IMG/VR virus record: IMGVR_UViG_3300022745_000022
Span: 20,344-84,343 of that record
Direction: 5' to 3' (one strand)
DNA length: 64,000 nt
Origin: a virus
Under the pieces are notes generated by a model. That model did not search any database. It was not told the origin of the DNA and saw only the letters and a list, made by a program, of their open reading frames with translations. The position numbers and the translations under genes are program-made. The stretch's first letter is position 1. The number at the start of each line of letters is the position of its first letter. Shown here piece after piece: positions 30,067-39,600 of this stretch.

Positions 30067-31523
30067 GGTACACGTATCGCATACATGGAGATGGGCTGTG
30101 GCCGTCCAACTTTGGATTCGCATACATGGTCATTCTAAATCCTTCTGGTTCAGGACGCAAGCTTACATTGCGCTCACTGGAGGTGTATGTACAAACCATT
30201 ACCAGCGGTGCAAGTTTGCTTGGAGCAATGCAATGTGCCCTGCACAAGACATCGGCTACCGGACTGTATGGAGAAGACATGTCCATCTACGCCAGCAAGT
30301 TTGACTCCTCAATGACACTGCCATCTTCAGTGGTACTGCGCCGCAACACAGGTGGCTTTTCGCAAAGCGCCATAATCCGTCACCTGGATATTGGTAGGAG
30401 AAGTAGCTCTCCAAATACACTGAACCGCACACTATTTGGAACGATCTCCGGACTAGGAACTGACATGATTCGTCCATCGTACCGCTCGGCCAAGCGTGCT
30501 TCTGCCACAGTCCTGGAGCCGGTAATCCTCAACAATGGAGAAGCCCTAGCCTGTATTGCAGAGAATAAAGACGCGTCGGCTACCAACGTCATTTCTTCTT
30601 CCCCAATGCTCTGCAGTGTACTTGCAAGCGTGAATGGAAAGATGGTCTCTTGGCAATTTACTGCTGTACCCCGACCCGGCCTTGCCCTGTTCAGTTTGGA
30701 GAACACTGGTGCCAATACCGTAAAGCTTCTGGACGTTACGTTCATGGAACTCGGATCCACCGACACACCCACGATACGATTGGTTCCGGTAGGGCAGATG
30801 TACGGCCAGAATGTAGGAGACACATCACATACCGGAATCGCCATCACAAAGATGGACTCTACGTACCCGACGCTCGACGCTACCAAGTGCCAAGTGTACA
30901 CTGACATAGGTATCATTCCTTATGGTGTACCTGAGGTGGCCATTGCTCCATCGTCCACAGGATCCCCACAAGGAATGAATTACCTGCACACCAAAGACTT
31001 CAATGGTCCATTGTACAAAGTATTTCTTCCAGAGATGGCCCATATGCGCATCAACCAGCAGATGAGTGATACACTCGGTTACAGCAATACCATGAAATTT
31101 TCTGACATTGGAGTACGCAAAAGTGCGATTGTCATCAACCCTGGCGAAGGAATTGCTCTTGTCAACAGTGCCGAGACTGCAGTAGGTACTTTCCCTGGTT
31201 TCAGTGGATGGCCCTGTCTTGCCTTTGGCGTACAGGTAGACTCTGAACCGCAAGCTTCCCCTGCACTGTCCATCACTGGTCTGCAAAGTGGCTCTGACAT
31301 TGTGATCCTCTCACCAGGAACCTCCACCGAACTGCTGAATGTTGATGCCAATGCTGGCTCCACGTTCTCCTGGTCGTATGACCCGGATGTGGTGACTGGT
31401 GCAGATGTGTGCATCTATAAGACTGGATATGTACCATATATCATACGCAATCTGTCGCTGGGCTTGTCGGGAGTCTCGATCCCCGTGAGTCAGGTAGCTG
31501 ACAGGAATTATTCAAACCCGTAA
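30063..31523 (+). CDS. Hypothetical structural-like protein with an internal domain duplication and a C-terminal Ig-like/transthyretin-like strand domain
   Basis: 486 aa with two copies of the 29329 domain motif. C-terminus LSITGLQSGSDIVIL...ADVCIYKTGYVPY...IPVSQVADRNYSNP. Confidence 0.6.
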   Translation: MRYTYRIHGDGLWPSNFGFAYMVILNPSGSGRKLTLRSLEVYVQTITSGASLLGAMQCALHKTSATGLYGEDMSIYASKFDSSMTLPSSVVLRRNTGGFSQSAIIRHLDIGRRSSSPNTLNRTLFGTISGLGTDMIRPSYRSAKRASATVLEPVILNNGEALACIAENKDASATNVISSSPMLCSVLASVNGKMVSWQFTAVPRPGLALFSLENTGANTVKLLDVTFMELGSTDTPTIRLVPVGQMYGQNVGDTSHTGIAITKMDSTYPTLDATKCQVYTDIGIIPYGVPEVAIAPSSTGSPQGMNYLHTKDFNGPLYKVFLPEMAHMRINQQMSDTLGYSNTMKFSDIGVRKSAIVINPGEGIALVNSAETAVGTFPGFSGWPCLAFGVQVDSEPQASPALSITGLQSGSDIVILSPGTSTELLNVDANAGSTFSWSYDPDVVTGADVCIYKTGYVPYIIRNLSLGLSGVSIPVSQVADRNYSNP

Positions 31524-31534
31524 CACATTGAACA

Positions 31535-32899
31535 ATGAAAATCGTAGATCCGGATCTGCTTGTGGTGGGTACAGAACTCACCATTGACACCTCCGCAAAG
31601 ACATTCACACTGGTACAAGCCGGTAACCTCGTCTACAAAGATGGCGTCACCATTCAGGCGCTATACTCCAAATTCGTGGAACTCTGGACTACGGCCACGT
31701 ACAACAAGTTCCCCTTCCCGATGTATGCCATTGACGCCCGTTCTGGTCAGTTCCAGTTCGGCACCGATGGCGCCACATTCAACGGATGGAAGCCCGCCAA
31801 TGATGCCACACGCCAGGCCCTGCGCGACGGTGGTTGGAGTGAATACAATAGCGGTGGCACACTGAACCGTCAGTATGTGGGTATTGTTGCACTTGCTTCC
31901 GGCTTCCCTGCCGGCACACAGTTCTACTACCAAAAAGCCTCTGGTGCAGCTGCAGCCAACTTCACTTTCACAGACGGTCCCAACGAAGGCATCCAGGTGT
32001 ATGGTGATGCCACGAACGGGAACTTCGATAACCGCACATACTTCAAGATATTCTGCCGCGCGTACGGTTACACGTATGACGATGCAGTGCTGGGCGATAT
32101 CGGTGAAACCGGTACGGGTGCATTCAAGCTTTCGATGCCCATCTCTGTGAACTCTGACCTAAAGATCCAGGCCAATGATGCCACAGTGGCGGCCAACACA
32201 CCGTACACTTCCATCAACATTACTTACTATGGCACCAACCAGGTGCGCAACATTGGAGGTGTGAACTACAACTTCCGGGTGATCATCGATGGAGCCAACG
32301 CCACGGCAGAGCAGATCTATACCAAGGTACAGTACCTGCTGCGCCAGAATGCAGACATCGACTCTGGTGCCGGTACAGTAACCGGCAACACTGCTGATGC
32401 TCTGTTGTACTTCGTGGGCGACACACTCTACACCACGGCCGGCGTGTACATTGATAACTACAATGTCAATGACATCAACCGCCTCAAGTTCCTTCCCTAT
32501 GGAGCCAGCACAGGAGCGGAAGTAAACTTCCCATACAATGCCACGGGCACACTGAGCTTCAATACCCCACTCATCGGCGGCACTGGCTATTTCAAGATGT
32601 ATTTCACCACATTGCCCGGGTTAAGTAACGACTATGGTGAGTCAGGGGCAGTAGTGGTGAATGATAAAGATGGTAACCCCATACAGGGTGCTGTGAGTAG
32701 CGGGTCCATTACCTTCTCCTTTGCTTACGACAGCAATAACCAGGGAGGTCGTACCGCAGGTACTGACGCCGGGGTTACCGTGGTCGCGGGCAGACCAGGG
32801 TTCGCCAAACCTGTGGTGACCAATTATACCATCACCAGGACCACCGGCCAAAACATAGCATTGGTAGCAGAACAGGATAGAGCATACCTGAACCCCTAA
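31535..32899 (+). CDS. Hypothetical phage structural protein
   Basis: 454 aa, Gly/Thr/Asn/Tyr-rich, starting KIVDPDLL...GVTIQALYSKFVELW...LRDGGWSEY. Ends ...EQDRAYLNP, like the preceding gene's ...DRNYSNP. Confidence 0.65.
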   Translation: MKIVDPDLLVVGTELTIDTSAKTFTLVQAGNLVYKDGVTIQALYSKFVELWTTATYNKFPFPMYAIDARSGQFQFGTDGATFNGWKPANDATRQALRDGGWSEYNSGGTLNRQYVGIVALASGFPAGTQFYYQKASGAAAANFTFTDGPNEGIQVYGDATNGNFDNRTYFKIFCRAYGYTYDDAVLGDIGETGTGAFKLSMPISVNSDLKIQANDATVAANTPYTSINITYYGTNQVRNIGGVNYNFRVIIDGANATAEQIYTKVQYLLRQNADIDSGAGTVTGNTADALLYFVGDTLYTTAGVYIDNYNVNDINRLKFLPYGASTGAEVNFPYNATGTLSFNTPLIGGTGYFKMYFTTLPGLSNDYGESGAVVVNDKDGNPIQGAVSSGSITFSFAYDSNNQGGRTAGTDAGVTVVAGRPGFAKPVVTNYTITRTTGQNIALVAEQDRAYLNP

Positions 32900-32902
32900 G
32901 CC

Positions 32903-33445
32903 ATGGGATACACTTTTGACGGCGCCAACAAGATCATCACACTGACCTCAGGTACCACGAGCATTTCTGTTCGTGATCTCTGGAGCCGGTGGTATGACTG
33001 GTGGGTGCTGTCGAACAACAGCAAATACCCACTGGCTTTCACCAATCTTGGTGGTGACACGATCGACGCCAGTGCCGGTACATTCATTCCGATCTACCTA
33101 TTTCTGCAAAACGGCTGGCGTATCCGACCACAGGAAGCCAACCACACCCTAAACGTAGGAGATGGCATCCTACTTGTGGCTGGTGGCGGGGATCCGTTCT
33201 TGTCCACACTAGGGGCATTCACAGTGCGCATCAACTACCAACAACCAGTGCAGGCCATCAGCTTCGGTTCAGGTGGTGGAGGTATCTCCGCCGAGTTGGC
33301 ACTCATGCTGGAACAATTCCTGACCATTGAAGGCTTCAAGGACGGAGTCGTGGCAGAAAACTCGGCTTCACTGCGCAGGGCAGGATCGGTACAGTTACAG
33401 ATCAGCGGATACGGCACAGGCTTTACAACCGTCGAGAAAATATGA
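32903..33445 (+). CDS. Hypothetical phage structural protein
   Basis: 180 aa, YTFDGANKIITL...DLWSRWYDW...YLFLQNGWRIRPQEA. I recognise this family from uncultured tailed phages; no search was run. Confidence 0.6.
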   Translation: MGYTFDGANKIITLTSGTTSISVRDLWSRWYDWWVLSNNSKYPLAFTNLGGDTIDASAGTFIPIYLFLQNGWRIRPQEANHTLNVGDGILLVAGGGDPFLSTLGAFTVRINYQQPVQAISFGSGGGGISAELALMLEQFLTIEGFKDGVVAENSASLRRAGSVQLQISGYGTGFTTVEKI

Positions 33446-33675
33446 GGCTGAGCTTTGCCATAGGAGGATATCTGGAACCGGTGACCACACCACTACGGTT
33501 CGTACACCATGGCTACCTGTATGAAGAGATCGATGCCCCTGAGACAGTAGTCAAACTCCCGATCGTATTCCCGGTGAGCCTTGAAGTATATGACATACCG
33601 ATACAGAAGCGGAAAGTGGACGATGGTGAAATCTTACTATTGATTAACGCATTCATGAAAACACAGACACGATGA
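33442..33675 (+). CDS. Hypothetical protein, last gene of the inserted cassette
   Basis: 77 aa with RKVDDGEILLLI. ATGA-coupled on both sides. Confidence 0.55.
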   Translation: MRLSFAIGGYLEPVTTPLRFVHHGYLYEEIDAPETVVKLPIVFPVSLEVYDIPIQKRKVDDGEILLLINAFMKTQTR

Positions 33676-36600
33676 GCCTGGCAAATTGTTTGGAAAAAGT
33701 AGACAAAAAGATCGCCAGTCCTTTGCTGGAAAAGTGGCAGAAGCTGGTCGACGATAATATGGAGGAAGTCAAAGCTAACCGCCAGATACTTCGCGAGTAT
33801 GGTGAGGAGCTGAACTCCAGGCTCAACGAGGTGCGCAGCAGAGCGAACCTCAAGTATGCTAATCCTACTTACACTTCACAGAGCGCGGCCAGTATCAACA
33901 AGTCCTACGATGCTAAGCTTCGCAAGCTCTCCCCGACCATGGTCACCGTGGAAGGTGAACAGCTCATGACCTATGAGCCCGTAGAGGAACACTCCTCGGA
34001 AGGCAAGATCGACCTGCACTTCGCCCCGGACGACATGTTCTCCGGCGTGAACACCACCGACGGTGTGTATGACACACTTGGCGAGCCCAACGAGAATCAG
34101 GTCATCATGCAGGAGATCGCTGGTCAGCCTGAGAAGAAGATGAACTTCTCCAATAGAATGCCTGCGGAGCAAGTCACCAAGAATATCCAGGAGTTCTACG
34201 AGATGGCTAAGGAGCAACCCAACAAGGAGTTCCTGGTTCCCTATACTGCAGAATTTCCCAACCGCGCAGGGATGACCGGCTATAGCCCACGGGAGCTGGC
34301 CAATCTCTTCGGCGCATTCCCCATTCCCACCAACGTCATCTTCCAGCGTCAGTTCCGTGGCCTCATAGAGAACGACCCGGGACGCTTCATCGGCAATGAG
34401 ATCCAACTTGTCGACCAGGGCACTAGGGAGCCACTGAAGGTGGACCAGGTCGCACTGGACAAGGCCCGCCGGCAGATGTTCATCGAGATCCGTGATGCCG
34501 ATGGTAACAAGACCGGCAAGTTCTTCTCTTCCCAGCAGCAACTGGAAGCTACCGATGCGGTGATCGCTGAGGTGGCCAAGCGCGTCATCCGTACTGAGGG
34601 CAGGCCGGATGCCTCGCAGATCTTCGAGGATATTCGCAAGCAATTCATCATGCTACTGGACAGGGCCTACACACCAATGGCCGCTGGTACGCGTGTCTTC
34701 AGTGGTGACCTGGATGTGTTCCCCCACATCACACAGGAAATGGCCAAGGCATACAAGCTCAACATGGAGCAGGTCCTGAACTCCTTCGAGGATGTGAAAC
34801 GTGAGGCCGTACGCCGCATGTCCGTTCAAGGCATCAAGGTGCGTACGTTCGATGACTCAGGTACACCGGAGGAACTGTTCAGCCTGGAAGAGGGCAAAGG
34901 CCTGGAGAACTTCGACGATGTGCACTTTGCACTGGATCCCAAAGCCACGGCCTCCACGAAGATGAAGCTGTTCATGAGCACCGTGGAGAATACGGAAGAG
35001 GGCATGAAGAAGCGACCGCGTCCCATCTCCATACCACTGAAGGATGAATACCGCAAGCAGATCGTCGACGGTACACGTGACCGTACGGTGCGCACTCCTG
35101 AGCAGATCAGGGAACTCCGTCTGAATGTCGGAGAGGAGTACCAGGACTCCAGCGTGTTCAAGATCGGCGATCAGATCTACGTGGCCCGCGCGGTCAAGAG
35201 GCTCACGGCTCAAGAGGCCACTGAATACAATGAGAGTCCGCTGCGTGAAGACTACCAAGCCAAGGAAGGAGACACCATGGTCACCATCAAGCCTTACGTG
35301 GAGGAGCATGGCCTGCGCTCAGTGCCCTCTTTCATCGGCACCTCCACACTGGCCAACTTCGACTCCCTCTACGAGGACGTCACCGGTCTACTGGCTGGTA
35401 ACAAGCCCTCCTTCACCAACTACATGGCTATCCTGGAGAACTCCACCAAGCCTGCCGTGCGCAAGCTTGCCGAGAAATTGCAGGATGGTAGCACGCCCAC
35501 TCAGCTCCGCAAGGAGTTCGTGTCGGTGATGACCAAGGCATACACCCAGTATGCTATGCTCCAGTTCAGCATCCAGAAAGATGGTGCAGAGTCCTTCATC
35601 TATAATGCCAACCTATACTCCATCCGCAACACCATCATCAAGGGATGGCAGGAAGCGCAGAAAGCATCCCCCATCGTCACCAAGGATGGGGCCGGCAACT
35701 TGCTCCTGAATAAGGAAGTGCTGGCTGAACTCCGCAACGACTACACCACTGTCCGCGATCTTCATACACGTATCACCAATGGTGATGTCGCTGCTTCGAA
35801 AGCCTTTAAGCTCGCTTCAGAGAACCTGGCCAAGAAGATGCTCACGCTCAATGGTGTGGTGCTCAGCGACGCAGCCTTCGAGGATATGTTCAAGGGCATC
35901 GAGCGCTACACCATGGGCACGGACTTTACCGGCTCCTGGTTCCGTCAGTGGGCGATGACCAAGCAGGGCCAGCCGAACGGTATATTCTCCGCTTTCATGG
36001 AGCGCCTACTGGGCATGGATACCGATACGGTGACCAATGCCATCGAGCAGAACAACCCGCTGTACATGGAGCCCAAGACGATGAAGATCATCGCCAAGGT
36101 GGCCACCAAGTATCAGGAGGTTCTGTACAACAGCTCGCACAAGAATGTCAACGGCGATAACATCTGGGATTACACCCTGAACACATACCTCTCCGATAGG
36201 CATGCAGATCTCATTGGTGATGACCCCACCTATCGGAATAAGCTCAAGGACACCTACCTGGCACAGAACAACTGGCTGCTGAAGATCCTGGAGGAGAAGC
36301 CAGCCATGCGCGACAACATGGAGCTCTACTACCTGGAGGCCATGAAGAAGCAGTACGGTACGGCATCTGCGGAGCGCAGCGATATGAGTGACCGTGACCA
36401 ACTGTTCATGGCCCTGCACCTGATGATGAACCGCGGTGCCGCACAGATGCACATGGTAGCGCTTACACACTCTGACAAGACGCGTACCCCCGTGTACATG
36501 CGTATGCCACGCACGCAGGTGGCCACTGCAGAACAGATCTCCATGGAACTCGTCGACCGCTTGCGGTCAGTGGTGTATGGAGAGTTCGACCGCATTGCCG

Positions 36601-39600
36601 GCCACAAGGATGTGAAGTTCCGCCAGCAGCAGTATGAGAAAGGCAAGGGCATGTTCTACTTCCTACCGGAGTTCAACTACGAAAACATGCAGCAGTTGAT
36701 GAAGGAAGGTGTCATCACGGAAGCGGAGTTCGGCAATATCTGGATCACCAAGGACCAATTAAACGTGCCGGCCAAGACCACTTCCGATGCAAAGGCCGTG
36801 GTGGATAAGCTCCTATATCGCTTCATCCAGAACGAGACGGCCGTAACGCGTGCCAAGCTCGTGGATGCTGGATTGGCTAGTCCCAAGGAGGGCACCCATA
36901 AGTTCAACACGGACTACCTGAGCAAGATCATGGGTGCGCAAACCAGTAGCCGTATCATAAAGGATCGTGAGAACACTACTTATACCATCCACGGAAAGTC
37001 CGTGCTCCAGGATGGACGTCCGGTTACGGCGGAGATGTTCCTGAACCATGCCCTGGATTTCGTAGCCATGGACTATGCCATGAATAGCTTTCTGATCAAC
37101 ACGGCCATGTCCACGCTCATCATGGGTGACCCGGCCCAGGTGTTCAAGACTGACCTGGAAACCACACTCAAGGAATACCAAAAGCGTCTCGCTGGCCCGA
37201 TCGCTCCGGGCAAAGTGGCCGAGTGGGCAAAGCCCACGTATAAGGCCATCGTACTGGACGACATCAAGCTTGGTCTGCAGTACACCGGTCTCAACGCATA
37301 CTTCAAAGGAGTCAACATCACCGACGCCCAGGAATATGTCACTGTCCAGGAACACCTGGATACTCTCCACACTTACGGCCAGATCACAGACCAGATGTAC
37401 AAGGAAATGGTGGCTGTCATCTCTCCTGCCGGAGACTACAAGTTCACCGGTGCACAGATGAAGATCCTCATGAGCATCACCAAGCCGGTGTACTACGGTT
37501 CGCAGAACGTGGAGAACAAGGCCCTTCTGCACGACTACATTAAGAGCTCCGCCCTGCCACTGTACCCGGGTTTCACCCAGGGCAACAGCAAGCTGGACTT
37601 GCTCCGTCGCCAGATGGAGCTCAGTGGTATCAGCAGGGCACACTTCCTGTCTGCACAGAAAGAGGGTGCTCCGGTACCGGCCGATGTGTTCGGTGACGAG
37701 AGTCTCCTGAACGACGGTCCCTGGGATGTGAACAAGACTCCAGGCGTCATCACGCTGAGTCGTGAGAACTGGCGCATCCAGCAAGACGTGCCACACGATC
37801 CGGACAAGAACAAGATCAAGGTCTTCTCGCAGTTCAATAAGCTCTTCGTGGCTGACCTTCCTGCCGGCATCTCGGTAGAGACGATGGATGGCCGCACACT
37901 CACGCGGGACCAGATCCGCGAAGAGAAGGAGAAGCTTCGCGTCAACCTACTGACCAAGAACCTGAACGAGTTCATGGAGGATGTTGGTGTCGAGCAGACT
38001 GAGGATGGCTTCGTGCTGCGCAACAAGGCCAAGCTGGTCAAGCGCATGCAGGAGATGGCCCGTGATAAAGGCTACTCGGCCAATGAGCTGCTTCCCATCA
38101 CGACCATGGAGGAAGGCATGCCCATGGCTCCCCTATTCTTCACTTCACTGGCCCAGCCCATGCACAATATCATGATGAGCATGGTGGACAAGGTCAACGA
38201 GGTCAAGGTCATGGGTAAGTCTTACGTGCAAGCTTCTTCCGCCGGCATCGAACAGTTCAGCACCAGCATCCCTGAAGGCGTACGCTGGGTGAAGGGTCGT
38301 ACCAAAGGTGAGCTACAGTTCATGAAGAAGAATGCCGATGGGTCAGTGGCTGCTGCAGAGGTCCTCATTCCGTTCCACTTCTTCAACAATGGCCAGAAGA
38401 TGTCCCTCGATGCATTCCTGGATGAGAACGGTGAAGTGGATACCGACAAACTCCCGGCGAACCTGCTGGAGATGATCGGTATTCGTATCCCTACCTCCAA
38501 GCACAACTCAGCACTTCCCATTCGCATTGCCGGCTTCCTGCCGGAGAATATGGGAGATACCATCATCGTTCCTCCTGGCATCACCACGCAGATGGGTTCC
38601 GACTTTGACGTGGATAAACTCTATGTGTACCGCCGGCCGTACAGCATGCAGGAGGGTAAGCTCTCATCGACCACTGACGACGAAGCGCAGTACTTCGACC
38701 TACAGTGGAAGGTGATGACTTCCCCCGACATGTACGACACCGTCCTCAGTCCACTAGACAAAGAGGACCTCAAGGATGAAGCCAAGCTGGCCTCCAAGAA
38801 AGCTGAAGAGGGGAACTTCTTCGGTGGCGTACGTCAGCTCTCTGACTTCATCTCCCAAAAGGATGCCAAGAGCCTCATCGGCTTCAGTGCACTCACCAAC
38901 ACACTGCTCGCTTCCATCCAGCACTTGAATATCCGCTACGGTCATGTCGAGCTGGGAGAAGACGAGAATGGCAAGAAGACCAGGGAGTTGGTGAATGACT
39001 ACATCACCACCTTCGCCAACCTGGAACTCGGCAAGCTCTCCGGTTACGGCAAGTCCTCCTACAAGGGAGAGAACCGTACCAAGATGGACAATATCGGCAT
39101 CATGATGAGTGAATTCCTGGACCACTCCAAGAATAGGACCATTGATAAGATCAACCTCACCATGCATACGTACGCCGCAGCTTCAGCGCTCATGAGCCTG
39201 GAGGATGGTATGGAGAATGCACTCCCGCTGACCTATGCTTCCCGATTACTACAGCAACCCATCATACGTGAGTTCAATTCCCGCATGAGTCGCGGCGCTG
39301 ACATGCTGGAAGGTTACACTCCCGGCCTGAAGGAGAACGTGTTCGACAACCTGTTCAAGTCCCTGGTTAAGAAGGGAGCCAACATGGAAGAGGCTGAGAA
39401 GATGTCCTTCACGGACACCCAGCTCCAGTATCTACTGGATCATCCTCGTACAGACGCTTCCTACTACACCATGCAGTATGCATTGCTCTCCGCCTTCCAG
39501 AAACTGGATGAGATCGGGCAGCGCATGAGTGAGATCAGTAGTCTGGTGAACCAGGACGTGAAAGGCACCGGTGGCGACCTGTTTACAGCCATGGATAAAC

